Origin: Acinetobacter phage At2 | Sequence record: PQ656108.1 | DNA length: 64,000 nucleotides | Reading direction: 5' to 3' (one strand) | Part shown: piece by piece, positions 1-9,708 of the stretch | How the letters are laid out: each line of letters opens with the position of its first letter | Numbering within the stretch: position 1 is the stretch's first letter | Position numbers and translations under genes: made by a program | The notes under the pieces: model-generated | What the model saw: the letters and a program-made list of their open reading frames with translations, nothing else | What the model was told of the DNA's origin: nothing | Databases searched by the model: none

Positions 1-102
1 TGCGGTAGTAGGGCTATCTATTTCTTAACTCTCAACACTTAGTACCCCTCCCCCTATGTTCACTCTGAAAAAGGATTCTTACTTGCTACGCTTTAAGTTG
101 GA

Positions 103-393
103 ATGATTAATCAACCTATAGGAGTATATTCCATGTCTATCAAACAACAAGTTCAACCATCTATGTTTGGTATGTTAACTGCTACTGTTACCAATGGTCT
201 CGGTATGGTTAACAACGCATTCATTGCTGGTGAGCGTATGACTTATATCGCTGCATCTAAAGCTAGCAACTTAGCAGAGATCAGTGATACAGCCGATACA
301 TTGAAGATGCTAGAAGCAAAGAAAGCATTGAAAGAAGCATGTGATAAAGCAGGCGTTAAGTTCAATGAGAAAGGTGAGATGGTATTTGAATAA
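103..393 (+). CDS. hypothetical small protein (96 aa)
   Basis: Intact ORF with RBS-like GGAG upstream; no recognisable motif. Confidence 0.45.
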   Translation: MINQPIGVYSMSIKQQVQPSMFGMLTATVTNGLGMVNNAFIAGERMTYIAASKASNLAEISDTADTLKMLEAKKALKEACDKAGVKFNEKGEMVFE

Positions 394-594
394 ACCAATA
401 GAGTAAGTACTTCGTGTGCTTACTCTTATCTTTAGGAGTAAGCAATGGATAACTTATACGAGTGGATCTTCATTGGTGTTTTAATCATGTTAATCATGTA
501 TATCGTAATAGATATGATGGAGTAATAAAATGAACTCACATGTAATATTGTACTATTCAATCCTTGGTAAACCTTGGATGGGATGGGAAGAAAA

Positions 595-630
595 AGACCT
601 ACCTTTCTAAGGTAGGTCTTTAGTTCTTAT
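595..630 (+). terminator. rho-independent terminator
   Basis: 9-bp stem AGACCTACC/GGTAGGTCT with 7-nt loop followed by T-rich run. Confidence 0.6.
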
Positions 631-656
631 TACACATTACACTTTACACATTACAC
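630..656. repeat. 13-nt direct repeat TTACACATTACAC x2 separated by 1 nt
   Basis: Seen directly in the ORF-free region 600-1000. Confidence 0.7.
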
Positions 657-816
657 ACTGGACAGTAAGGTGCGCCTAGCAGTGGCAAACTATTTGACAG
701 AACTAAATATTCTGTGAATCACCACTTAATCTATATCCCTTATATATACAGACTTTTAGATTATCCTTTAATTCCTAAATATTAGTGTACTACTTACCCT
801 TTCAGGCTAATGTACT

Positions 817-833
817 AGTGTACTCCGTACACT
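817..833. promoter_or_regulatory. perfect 7-bp stem / 3-nt loop hairpin (AGTGTAC-TCC-GTACACT; bottom-strand loop GGA), candidate N4-type vRNAP early promoter hairpin
   Basis: Perfect inverted repeat in an ORF-free leader. N4 vRNAP promoters are 5-7 bp stem / 3-nt purine-loop hairpins (established knowledge); assignment here is inference. Confidence 0.35.
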
Positions 834-1001
834 TTTAATGACCACAGTGTTTAGTATGATTGTACTCATTGCTACGCTAGAACTGGGAGGAATAACAGGG
901 AGAAGTGTCAAAGCAGTGTGTTAGCACGCATTACTCTCTCTGTTTTGAATTACCTCTACCTTACCTCTTACATCCACTCAACCTAAATTGGACTAAACAC
1001 T

Positions 1002-1364
1002 ATGATCTCTCGTCACAACACTGAACTTAACATTGTTATTAACTTTGCCATTGCTAACAATGCATATACTCGTGCATCTATCATTGATGTTATCCGTCAC
1101 TCTCATTCACCTGAATTAGTACAAGCATTAGACTGCTGTATTGATGAAGGTACACTCGATACAGGCGTACAATACTTTATAGATAATCCTCATATCTACC
1201 CTGAAGCACAGGTTGAGAACAACATTCACAACCACCATGTATGCCAACATAAAGCAATGCTTGTCTATATGTATGGTAATAAACAATACCTACCTTTAGT
1301 ACCACCAAGTGTATTAAATGAACCATCTATTACATCAGATGACTGCTCACTACTAATTCTTTAA
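1002..1364 (+). CDS. hypothetical protein (120 aa)
   Basis: ORF in an early-gene run; no motif recognised. Confidence 0.45.
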   Translation: MISRHNTELNIVINFAIANNAYTRASIIDVIRHSHSPELVQALDCCIDEGTLDTGVQYFIDNPHIYPEAQVENNIHNHHVCQHKAMLVYMYGNKQYLPLVPPSVLNEPSITSDDCSLLIL

Positions 1365-1377
1365 TAGGACTATCACC

Positions 1378-1653
1378 ATGCCTAAGATACATCTACGTGA
1401 CTTCCATACCTCACAAACATCTAATGATATCGCCATTGATATGTATTGGGATCTTGTTAACTACAAACTACTCAATCTTCACAATGGTTATCATCCTAAT
1501 GATGCTGAATGGGTTAAAGCTCAAATAGTTAAAGATGCAGAAGCAGCCTTATCTATATGTGAAATAACACTCACATACTATCCAGACAACCGCTTAGTTA
1601 AGCACTATCTTGCACAATTCCGTTGCATCATCAAAGACATGGCAGCTCAATAA
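1378..1653 (+). CDS. hypothetical protein (91 aa)
   Basis: ORF packed 13 nt after the previous stop. Confidence 0.45.
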   Translation: MPKIHLRDFHTSQTSNDIAIDMYWDLVNYKLLNLHNGYHPNDAEWVKAQIVKDAEAALSICEITLTYYPDNRLVKHYLAQFRCIIKDMAAQ

Positions 1654-1841
1654 GAGCTGCTTGGAGACTAAACATGTTCACTATTATTACCTGTATCGTA
1701 CTAGCAATACTCATTGCTATATCTATGTACCTAGACACATTACCTCAAACTCAACGTGTAATTAACATTCAATGTTGGGTAGATGCTATTGCAGGACTAT
1801 GTGCAATCATTGCACTCATACTATGGGTACTAGGAGCTTAA
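1623..1841 (+). CDS. small membrane protein (72 aa, two hydrophobic helices)
   Basis: Hydrophobic segments ILAILIAISMY and IAGLCAIIALILWVL. Confidence 0.4.
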   Translation: MHHQRHGSSIRAAWRLNMFTIITCIVLAILIAISMYLDTLPQTQRVINIQCWVDAIAGLCAIIALILWVLGA

Positions 1842-1845
1842 ACCA

Positions 1846-2006
1846 TGCTTAAAGTATTAATACTGTTAGTTATTCTAACAATCACTTATGTCTTTACTCG
1901 TGGTATCTACCGTGAGTATAAACGTGGTTATCCTGAAGTAATCATACCTGCTCTATTCTGCTACGTAGCTTTAGCTATCGTATCTGTATATGTAATACGT
2001 TTGTGA
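1846..2006 (+). CDS. small membrane protein (53 aa, below track cutoff)
   Basis: ATG at 1846, hydrophobic LKVLILLVILTITYVF, packed directly after the previous gene. Confidence 0.3.
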
Positions 2007-2014
2007 GGTACATC

Positions 2015-2194
2015 AATGAACCCTTTTCATAACAAAATCATCAAGATAACTACATGCCCATCATGTAGTAAAACTACCCAACAGGTACGTCCTACTTCAT
2101 TGCCTCACTCTTATTTCATAGAGAAAGGCGCTACGCTTGGAGAAGGTAACTTACCTGTTATCACCCTAAACAAACCATGTATCCCTAACTGTTA
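2015..2194 (+). CDS. small Cys-containing protein (about 59 aa; CPSC...CIPNC)
   Basis: ORF read by eye, below the track cutoff; two Cys pairs suggest a zinc ribbon. Confidence 0.3.
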
Positions 2195-2380
2195 AGAGAC
2201 TTAGACATGATCTTTCATCCATACTTATCTAACTTAGTTAATCAAGACATTTATGTAATGCGTAATGGCGCTATCTACTTGCGTCACGCAGGATGCCAAT
2301 ATCATGTGGGTAATGTAGGAACAACTTCAATGTTGGAACTACATGACAACGTAGAGCAATATGTATAAGGACTATTCACC

Positions 2381-2770
2381 ATGCCAACACGTAATCAACT
2401 TCATAAAATCCTAGTAGATATCACTGATAGCCCATACGCTCAGTGCATACCTCTAGGTAAGCCTAATTACTCAAACCATGAAGCAAATCAGATTCAATTA
2501 CAAACACTTATATCATTCCACTCACTTCTGTTAGTGGATTATGTACTGTGTAAATTGAATGCTTCACCAACCAATATCAACATCAATACCCTTTACGATT
2601 ATCTTCGTGATGGGTACCAACAACGTACTGAACCACAACCATATCAGAAGGGTACATTCATGCGTATGTTCAACAAAACCAAAGGTAGAACTACCATTGG
2701 TCGTGTACAAGCAATCAGCTTATTACTCGAATGCATCAAGGAGGCATACGATGTCACAGTGGTTGATTAA
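2381..2770 (+). CDS. hypothetical protein (129 aa)
   Basis: ORF; preferred over the overlapping frame 2559-2924. Confidence 0.45.
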   Translation: MPTRNQLHKILVDITDSPYAQCIPLGKPNYSNHEANQIQLQTLISFHSLLLVDYVLCKLNASPTNININTLYDYLRDGYQQRTEPQPYQKGTFMRMFNKTKGRTTIGRVQAISLLLECIKEAYDVTVVD

Positions 2771-2924
2771 GGTAAGTATTGTACTAGGTCTTGTATGGGC
2801 TATTAGCCTGTACAAGATGTTCACCTCACCACCAAACAGCATTAATGAAGTTAAATGGCTATGCTTAGCCTTGGCTTGTCCTTGTGTAGCTGTCTTAGGT
2901 TTATTGTCGGAATTAGCTCAATGA
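2751..2924 (+). CDS. small membrane protein (internal start of track ORF 2559-2924)
   Basis: ATG at 2751 overlaps the previous stop; hydrophobic stretches. Confidence 0.3.
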   Translation: MSQWLIKVSIVLGLVWAISLYKMFTSPPNSINEVKWLCLALACPCVAVLGLLSELAQ

Positions 2925-3142
2925 ATACTATCCTAGCTTTCATCTTGCTATGTGTTTATACGTATGTATGTGGCCTACGTGATGTAGGCTCAACTACATT
3001 TAAACTATTAGTTTTAATCATTATTATCTTAATTGGTATGCCATGAAACTATATACATTCGCTCTACATATACATGAGATCATGTCACTCGTCATGATCT
3101 TAATCTCAATCATTACAGCAACTTACTTGGTAGGACAACACA

Positions 3143-3397
3143 ATGGAAGAAAAAAGTGAATTAGATGTAGCCTTGGAGTACATCGCAGATTACCCAGAGA
3201 TCACAGAAACACTTAACGATGAAGAGTTTGCAACATTCTTTGCTCACCCTTCTGAAGTTATTAAAGAGTACAAACGTAACATTGAGTTCTTGAAAACATC
3301 CTTTGGGTTCACCGAAGAAATGATCCAAGAGAACTGTGTTGCCTTCCTAAATGATGCTTGTGCACACGTACAAGACCTACACTCTAAAGAGAGCTAA
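3143..3397 (+). CDS. hypothetical acidic protein (84 aa)
   Basis: ORF. Confidence 0.45.
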   Translation: MEEKSELDVALEYIADYPEITETLNDEEFATFFAHPSEVIKEYKRNIEFLKTSFGFTEEMIQENCVAFLNDACAHVQDLHSKES

Positions 3398-3399
3398 AA

Positions 3400-3849
3400 A
3401 TGTCTATTTTTGCTAATAAGACCTCAAGGCTAATGGGTGGTATTAACTACCCTTCTAATCCTAAAATTACTTACCATTGGGATAAAGCTACAGGCTTTAC
3501 TGATGGGGGTGAACTACTAGGAATGGTTTCTGCAATCCATAGTGGTGCTGTAGACAACCCTGATTGGGATCATGATCCTATTAAGATTGCTAATGACATT
3601 AGACATCTTAGTATTAATCAACAGGATATTATCCTTACCCACTTCATGATATTTAATGTGATTATGCATAATACTTTTGAATCTGAAAAACATTTAAAAG
3701 TTTCTAAAAGCTATAAGCGTTTAATATCAATCCTGTCTACGCTTAATATGCTCTACCCACTGCAATATAATATGCCAGAGGGATTATCTAAGCGTGATAA
3801 GAACATTATGTTGTTCGTTAATTCGTATTATATAAAGCCATCTCGGTAG
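3400..3849 (+). CDS. hypothetical protein (149 aa)
   Basis: ORF starting 3 nt after the previous stop. Confidence 0.45.
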   Translation: MSIFANKTSRLMGGINYPSNPKITYHWDKATGFTDGGELLGMVSAIHSGAVDNPDWDHDPIKIANDIRHLSINQQDIILTHFMIFNVIMHNTFESEKHLKVSKSYKRLISILSTLNMLYPLQYNMPEGLSKRDKNIMLFVNSYYIKPSR

Positions 3850-3931
3850 TATTTGTTTTACGTGAATTCACTGTTTAAGGCGCTACGCTTTAAAATGGCA
3901 ATAATGCCAATCTTCTTCAAGGAATATAATC

Positions 3932-4231
3932 ATGGCTTTCGTTACCCCTGATCAATCAAATTCAAACCAAGCTCCTGCAAACAACAGCAAAGAGCAGGTT
4001 AAGAAAACCCCTATTGCGTATTTAAACTTGTACATGCCATTACGTAATGGTCATCGTATTAAGCTTGTACCAAGTGCTTACAATAACTTGTATGCAGAGA
4101 ATCCTGATGATGTTGCATTAGTTGAACTGATTAAATCAGGTAAAGTTACTGCTGAACATCTTGCATCTCGCATTCAAATTGAAATTGCATTAGCACGTGA
4201 TAAATCAGAACCATTAGATTTCGATATCTAA
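3932..4231 (+). CDS. hypothetical protein (99 aa)
   Basis: ORF followed by a terminator. Confidence 0.45.
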   Translation: MAFVTPDQSNSNQAPANNSKEQVKKTPIAYLNLYMPLRNGHRIKLVPSAYNNLYAENPDDVALVELIKSGKVTAEHLASRIQIEIALARDKSEPLDFDI

Positions 4232-4244
4232 TAGTAATCACATA

Positions 4245-4272
4245 AGACCTAACCTTCGGGTTAGGTTTTTTA
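4245..4272 (+). terminator. rho-independent terminator
   Basis: AGACCTAACC-ttcg-GGTTAGGT followed by TTTTTT. Confidence 0.65.
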
Positions 4273-4287
4273 ATTTAAGCGGTTTAT

Positions 4288-4488
4288 ATGCAAACACGCA
4301 TTAAAGAAGTTACATGGGAAGACTTCCTATGTGGGCTTAAGAGCACTGTTATAAGTGTTCGTACATGCCCTACGTGTAACTACATGATTATATCGGCTAT
4401 ACAGGTTGAACCTGTAGATGAATCATTTAAACCAATACTACTAGCATCACAACTACGTCCTCAACAACCTTGTCACCACTGTAATTAG
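4288..4488 (+). CDS. small zinc-ribbon-like protein (CPTC ... CHHC)
   Basis: Two Cys pairs; immediately upstream of the RNAP II genes. Confidence 0.4.
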   Translation: MQTRIKEVTWEDFLCGLKSTVISVRTCPTCNYMIISAIQVEPVDESFKPILLASQLRPQQPCHHCN

Positions 4489-4499
4489 GAACAATCACC

Positions 4500-5486
4500 A
4501 TGCCACTATCTAAAGATGAATTACTTGAAACCCAAATCAAAGTAGAAGAGCACTTCTCACGTAAGGGTATTAAACAAGCTGTACTTGATTATATGGACAC
4601 CATTCCTGAATGTACTGTTCGTATTGATCAAGGTGCTGAATTGCTACGTATGTGGTGTGAATCAGAGTCTGCCTATGCTAGTAAGCAAACACGTAAAGAT
4701 CATATCTCTCAGATGGATCTACGTGAGCTTACAGTAGAGGTATTCGTTAAGATTGCATCACTTACCAGTGAAACCACGCTGAATAACCTAGCTAGTCAAA
4801 TGGCTCCTATGCTTGGCTTTGCAGACACTCGTGTAGGCATTCAAGCCTGTGCAGAGGTTATAGCTGTACTATGTGAAACCAACTTCTTCAATCTACAGAA
4901 GTACCATATCAATTCATCTATTTATGTGAAGTCTAACTTTGCATTGCCAGATGATCTGATTGAGTACATTGAACGTGCTTGTTATTTACCACCAATGATT
5001 GTGAAACCAAAGACTCTACGTAATAACCGTAGTAGTGCTTACCTTACCAGTAAGGGTGAATCACTTATCTTAGGAGGAGGTCATAACCATCATAATGATC
5101 CTATTGCTCTGGATGTATTGAATATCATGAACCGCTATGAGCTAACACTCAGTGAATTCATTTTAGATAACGTCCCAGAAGAGCCTACGTTCGATTTAGA
5201 GAGCGTTGAGGTTAAGCCTGATAAACCTATGACGGATATTGAATACAAGCGTGCTGTGGAGCAACAGCGTAAGAATTGGGAGCGTCATCTAGCACAATCA
5301 GCTTACTTCTATAAGCATATTCGAGCTAATGACAATCACATGTATATCACTAACAAATATGACAAGCGAGGTCGTATCTACTCACAGGGTTATCACATTA
5401 ACCCACAAGGCACTAGCTATAAGAAAGCTAGTGTTGAGTTGTACCACAAGGAGCTTGTTCAAGTACCAGAAGGATTCTTCTCATGA
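4500..5486 (+). CDS. phage RNA polymerase II, N-terminal-domain subunit (N4 gp15-like) (putative)
   Basis: 328-aa ORF directly upstream of the catalytic T7-like RNAP half; assignment rests on the split-RNAP arrangement of N4-like phages. Confidence 0.5.
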   Translation: MPLSKDELLETQIKVEEHFSRKGIKQAVLDYMDTIPECTVRIDQGAELLRMWCESESAYASKQTRKDHISQMDLRELTVEVFVKIASLTSETTLNNLASQMAPMLGFADTRVGIQACAEVIAVLCETNFFNLQKYHINSSIYVKSNFALPDDLIEYIERACYLPPMIVKPKTLRNNRSSAYLTSKGESLILGGGHNHHNDPIALDVLNIMNRYELTLSEFILDNVPEEPTFDLESVEVKPDKPMTDIEYKRAVEQQRKNWERHLAQSAYFYKHIRANDNHMYITNKYDKRGRIYSQGYHINPQGTSYKKASVELYHKELVQVPEGFFS

Positions 5487-5761
5487 GCAAGACGTTAGTA
5501 ATTAAAACCCCTAACCTTACTTGGTCAGAGTTGAGTGCTGTATTTAACCGAGCATCCCCTTACCACACAGGTAACTTAGTTGAGAGGCCTTGGTGTGAAT
5601 ACGTCATGGTCACACCTACTGGAGTTTATTACCTACCTCATCAACCAGTATTTGAAACAGCTGATTCTGTTATCTGGATAGATGAATCTAGTTGGGCAGA
5701 AGTAACGCTGCTTACAGATAAACTTTCTTTAACACAACTTATTGAATACTTTTCTAATTAA
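5483..5761 (+). CDS. hypothetical protein (92 aa)
   Basis: ORF between the two RNAP subunit genes; start overlaps the previous stop. Confidence 0.4.
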   Translation: MSKTLVIKTPNLTWSELSAVFNRASPYHTGNLVERPWCEYVMVTPTGVYYLPHQPVFETADSVIWIDESSWAEVTLLTDKLSLTQLIEYFSN

Positions 5762-5784
5762 TCATTCTTGTCGGGAGAATTACC

Positions 5785-7050
5785 ATGTTCAAATCATACT
5801 CACCAATCGAATACCTTTGCATTGATATCGCTAACTGTGTTGGCTCTCAAGGTGACTTTAAAGGTGATAAAGAGCTATTTGAAGCTCGTATCCAATGGGT
5901 TAAAGATAACTTCGATAACCTAGAATCATTTATTGATGTTGCTGATGATAAACCTCAGTACATCAAAGCTGTACATGCTCTACGTGAAACCATGTTAGGT
6001 CAACCTACAGGTCACTTGGTAGCTCTTGATGCTACATGCTCAGGGATTCAGATTATGTCTGCAATCACTGGCTGTATTAAAGGAGCTGATGCCACTGGTT
6101 TAGTTACTGATAAGCGTGCAGATGCTTATACCGATGTAACACGTGAAATGAACTCAATCCTTAAACTGAAAGGTTTGGCTAACATTGAGGTACCACGTCC
6201 AGATGTTAAGCGTGCAGTAATGACATGTGGTTATGGCTCAACACTGGTACCTAAAGAAGTGTTTGGTGAGGGTGTCTTATTAGAGACCTTCTATCAAGCA
6301 GCTTCAGCTATTGCACCTGCTGCATTCGAGTTAATGCAAGATCTATTGAATACATGGCAACCAGACGCACTAGCTCACTCGTGGGTTATGCCTGATAACT
6401 TCCATGTAAACATTAAGGTTATGCAATCTAAAGAAACTCGTATTGAAGTAGATGAACTTGGTCACTCTACATTCACAACCTATGTGAAGGTAAACCAAGG
6501 ATCTAAGCAAGGACTAGCTAACGTAGCAAACATCATTCACTCTATTGATGGTTACTTACTACGTACTCTAATTCGCCGTGCTAGCTTCAATCAACGTAAG
6601 GTTAATGAAGCCCTTGGTTTCTATATCCTTGAGCTTAAAGCTCGTGAGAAAGGCAAACCAGTAACACCAACACTAGTTGATGAAGACTTACAGAATATGA
6701 TCAATATCTATGAATACTCAGGGATGTTGGACGTATCTATCATTGATTACATTAACGATAGCAATATCGGTAAGGTATCTAATGAGTTGTTAGCTAAGCT
6801 AGTTGCTGTACTTACTGAAATGGGTAGACGTGGTTCATCACCAGTATTAACTGTACATGATGCATTCCGTTCTCACCCTAACCATTGTGATACTGTTCGA
6901 TACTGGTACAAAGAGATCATGGCAGAGCTTGCTGAATCTAACATCCTACAATTCATTGTGTCTCAGGTTGTTGGTAAGGCTGTGACTTATCGTAAGAAGT
7001 CTACTAAGCTTCCTGAAATGATCCGTAACTCGAATTATGGCATATGCTAG
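5785..7050 (+). CDS. phage RNA polymerase II catalytic subunit (T7-like single-subunit RNAP, C-terminal half; N4 gp16-like)
   Basis: LVALDATCSGIQIMSA matches the T7 RNAP DxSCSGIQH motif; LTVHDAF matches motif C (HD). Confidence 0.8.
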   Translation: MFKSYSPIEYLCIDIANCVGSQGDFKGDKELFEARIQWVKDNFDNLESFIDVADDKPQYIKAVHALRETMLGQPTGHLVALDATCSGIQIMSAITGCIKGADATGLVTDKRADAYTDVTREMNSILKLKGLANIEVPRPDVKRAVMTCGYGSTLVPKEVFGEGVLLETFYQAASAIAPAAFELMQDLLNTWQPDALAHSWVMPDNFHVNIKVMQSKETRIEVDELGHSTFTTYVKVNQGSKQGLANVANIIHSIDGYLLRTLIRRASFNQRKVNEALGFYILELKAREKGKPVTPTLVDEDLQNMINIYEYSGMLDVSIIDYINDSNIGKVSNELLAKLVAVLTEMGRRGSSPVLTVHDAFRSHPNHCDTVRYWYKEIMAELAESNILQFIVSQVVGKAVTYRKKSTKLPEMIRNSNYGIC

Positions 7051-7082
7051 CAACTACTTATCAATGATGTACCTAAGCATTT

Positions 7083-7112
7083 AAGCACCCTTCGGGGTGC
7101 TTATTTGATTTT
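7083..7112 (+). terminator. rho-independent terminator
   Basis: AAGCACCC-ttcg-GGGTGCTT followed by a T-rich run. Confidence 0.65.
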
Positions 7113-7133
7113 AGCTTATACTTTGGAGTAACT

Positions 7134-7427
7134 ATGTATAGCAAGACTAATATAAATATTTTAATACCTTTACAGGCTGATGTAGACAGTTTAGTACGAG
7201 GTGGTGTTAATGCTTCCATGCATGTAAGGTCTCGTAATCCTACCTCAGAAGAATGTGTTGTTTATTGTGTGATGTCTAATAAGCTATACATGGTATACAA
7301 AATGGATCCCTGTAACAAAAATGTCTCTTCAGAGACAGTAAGACAGCTTACTACATTAGAAAGTGTAGAAGAGCGCTTAGTGCTTGCAGGTGCCTTAGGA
7401 CTTAAACGAGGGCCAGATTATGGTTAG
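7134..7427 (+). CDS. small protein, weak member of the C-terminal-motif family
   Basis: C-terminus VRQLTTLESVEERLVLAGAL resembles the family motif but lacks the Pro. Confidence 0.4.
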   Translation: MYSKTNINILIPLQADVDSLVRGGVNASMHVRSRNPTSEECVVYCVMSNKLYMVYKMDPCNKNVSSETVRQLTTLESVEERLVLAGALGLKRGPDYG

Positions 7428-7698
7428 GTTAACTGAACAGCAAGTTAAATTACTTAGACGTATTTTGCCATCTATAACACTATCAGACACAGTTTATAAA
7501 AACTTAGAGCATCCTACGTTAATTACATATGTGGGTAACTATGTTTGGAGTTTTCATAGCAACCGTATTGTGTACCTTACGTATACCAACTCAGCACACA
7601 GACCACAAGTTACTGATGAAGAATTAACAATGCTAACTCTAATTCCTGATGCGGAAGCCAAGCGTGAGTACTTAAAAGCATTGGTAATGGAGCGATAA
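7420..7698 (+). CDS. C-terminal-motif family protein (92 aa)
   Basis: C-terminus DEELTMLTLIPDAEAKREYLKAL; clear paralog of 7703-7981 (MVxLTxQQ start, VW, SNxIVYL). Confidence 0.55.
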   Translation: MVRLTEQQVKLLRRILPSITLSDTVYKNLEHPTLITYVGNYVWSFHSNRIVYLTYTNSAHRPQVTDEELTMLTLIPDAEAKREYLKALVMER

Positions 7699-7702
7699 AC
7701 TA

Positions 7703-7981
7703 ATGGTTAAACTAACCCGACAGCAAATGTCACTGTTACTGAAACACGCACCTACTATAGGTGTATCTGGTATAGCTAGTAAATACTTTGCTTACCCTAT
7801 AGAAGATACGTTAGGTCGTAATTTCGTCTGGCACTATAAAAGTAATGCCATTGTTTATTTATCAGATGCTTCTTCAGTCACTGCTATAAGCATCTCAGAT
7901 GATGATCTTCTCGCTATGGTTTTATTACCTAGTGAAGAAGCTAAAGATTCATACTTTGCACACATTTTAATGAGTACTTGA
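7703..7981 (+). CDS. C-terminal-motif family protein (92 aa)
   Basis: C-terminus DDDLLAMVLLPSEEAKDSYFAHIL; paralog of 7420-7698. Confidence 0.55.
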   Translation: MVKLTRQQMSLLLKHAPTIGVSGIASKYFAYPIEDTLGRNFVWHYKSNAIVYLSDASSVTAISISDDDLLAMVLLPSEEAKDSYFAHILMST

Positions 7982-7982
7982 T

Positions 7983-8279
7983 ATGTATGACATCGTATTA
8001 TCCCTTGAACAAGCAAAGAAACTGCACAATGATGGTGTAGTTTTAGCTTCAGGTTCAGTACATAGAGTGTTTAATGGGGATGTTGAAATTTCCCCTGCTA
8101 AGCGTCTCGTATGGGACTTAACAGACAACTGGCTTTACTGTATGCACAGAGACTACGAATACATGATTGAGGTGCCAGAGCATCTAATAAATGAATTAGT
8201 TGTTATTGCTGATACACAAGCCAGAATTACTTTTTTCAACATATTGCTGAAATCGGGAGAGATTCATGAAGCAATGTAA
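7983..8279 (+). CDS. C-terminal-motif family protein (variant, 98 aa)
   Basis: C-terminus LINELVVIADTQARITFFNILL. Confidence 0.45.
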   Translation: MYDIVLSLEQAKKLHNDGVVLASGSVHRVFNGDVEISPAKRLVWDLTDNWLYCMHRDYEYMIEVPEHLINELVVIADTQARITFFNILLKSGEIHEAM

Positions 8280-8598
8280 AACATTTAGTTTAAAACCAAC
8301 ACCAGAATTAATTGAGTGGCTTAATTCCGACTTAGCTAAGCAATTTATACGTGGGCAGGACTATTTAAACACGAGTACGTATGTAAGATTTACTTTAAGT
8401 AAAACCCTCAAATTTAACCAGTGGGTACCAATAATCCAATGTGCCCATTCGTCTATACAGCAAGGGCCATTACTAGATCTTGATCATGTAAAAGCACTTA
8501 CCTTGCTTCCTCCTGAAGCTTGGCATGAATATCTTAAACACCTTAAGAAGGAGTATTACGATGGAAATAAGGGTAAAAAAGGCAGAGCTAGTGGCTGA
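8266..8598 (+). CDS. C-terminal-motif family protein (110 aa)
   Basis: DLDHVKALTLLPPEAWHEYLKHL. Confidence 0.5.
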   Translation: MKQCKTFSLKPTPELIEWLNSDLAKQFIRGQDYLNTSTYVRFTLSKTLKFNQWVPIIQCAHSSIQQGPLLDLDHVKALTLLPPEAWHEYLKHLKKEYYDGNKGKKGRASG

Positions 8599-8818
8599 GT
8601 TTTTAACTGCACATGGGTGGACTTATGGTGGTGATTGTATTTACTCTATAGACCCTGATATTTATACCATAGAGATACCCACTAAACGTTATATGTCAGG
8701 AACAGCCTACCCTACTCTTTATTACGTACCTTACGATATTTTTAAAGAATTTACTGTTCTATACACAGCATCTTATGAAGCTGCTATTCAATACTTACAG
8801 GAGTACTTTAATGATTGA
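8561..8818 (+). CDS. C-terminal-motif family protein (variant); start moved to an internal Met
   Basis: C-terminus EFTVLYTASYEAAIQYLQEY; track start 8525 would overlap the previous gene by 74 nt. Confidence 0.4.
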   Translation: MEIRVKKAELVAEFLTAHGWTYGGDCIYSIDPDIYTIEIPTKRYMSGTAYPTLYYVPYDIFKEFTVLYTASYEAAIQYLQEYFND

Positions 8819-9101
8819 TCCTAAAGATCCAATTAGACGTGGCTTCTTAGCTACGCCTGAGACAGAACAGTTACTACTGAGTGCAGGTTTTACTCGCTTA
8901 GACCAAGACAGTTACGACAGTATACGTAGTCGTATGGAACCTCAATACATAGCTGTATGGGTTCAAAATAACTCAAAACATTTTCTATTCGCTCGTCTTA
9001 TATATGGCGGTAGTGTTCCAAGGCCTGCTCATGAACTTAAAGAGTATCTTTTAGTTAGAGAAGCTTCTAGGGAGGCAGGCCTTGAGTTTTTAAAATCATA
9101 A
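8811..9101 (+). CDS. C-terminal-motif family protein (variant)
   Basis: HELKEYLLVREASREAGLEFL; start adjusted from 8775. Confidence 0.4.
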   Translation: MIDPKDPIRRGFLATPETEQLLLSAGFTRLDQDSYDSIRSRMEPQYIAVWVQNNSKHFLFARLIYGGSVPRPAHELKEYLLVREASREAGLEFLKS

Positions 9102-9111
9102 GGAAACCAAC

Positions 9112-9396
9112 ATGGTTGTCTATCACACAGTTGTACATCAAACCAGACAGAATGAAGCTGTCCAGTGCTTAGCTAAAACATTCGCAGGATCAAGTTTAGA
9201 GATTGAAAGATCTACCTTTCCCTTAGGCAGATTACATCTATACATATTTGTTAGTGTTAATATGAAAATTATTAAGTCTCGCTTTACTGTTGAAGAGTTA
9301 AATGTAGGGCCTAATGTCATTGAAATAGCTGCTATGCAAGACATTCCTACCATCCCTGTAATGCATCCTGCTATACAAGCTAGTATGGGAGAGTAG
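9112..9396 (+). CDS. hypothetical small protein (94 aa)
   Basis: ORF in the tandem array; motif weak. Confidence 0.4.
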   Translation: MVVYHTVVHQTRQNEAVQCLAKTFAGSSLEIERSTFPLGRLHLYIFVSVNMKIIKSRFTVEELNVGPNVIEIAAMQDIPTIPVMHPAIQASMGE

Positions 9397-9397
9397 T

Positions 9398-9643
9398 ATG
9401 GAACTTTGGCTTACAGCGCATAACTCAGAAAAGAATTTCAATCTCGTAAGGGGTATGCAATTACGTATAGCTGATAGAACAGGCTTAGAGCACTTCCCTT
9501 TCATAGTATTAGACTTTAATAAAAGGTTAGCCTTCTTTTCTCGTATGCCTGAAGGTAAACATATATCAACAAATACACTTCAAGAAATTGCGGTATTGCC
9601 TAGTAAAAGGGCGATATATATCTACATGTCACAACAGGACTAA
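9398..9643 (+). CDS. C-terminal-motif family protein (81 aa)
   Basis: TLQEIAVLPSKRAIYIYM. Confidence 0.45.
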   Translation: MELWLTAHNSEKNFNLVRGMQLRIADRTGLEHFPFIVLDFNKRLAFFSRMPEGKHISTNTLQEIAVLPSKRAIYIYMSQQD

Positions 9644-9708
9644 ACGAGCTTCGCTCGTTGTTGTGGTTGAGTCCTCAATCATTAATCAAACCTATAGGAA
9701 TGACAATT

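Noticed and set aside
2559-2924. 121-aa ORF overlapping 2381-2770 in another frame
   Set aside because: Only the 3' part (from ATG 2751) is plausible as a small membrane protein; the 5' part overlaps a better-supported gene.
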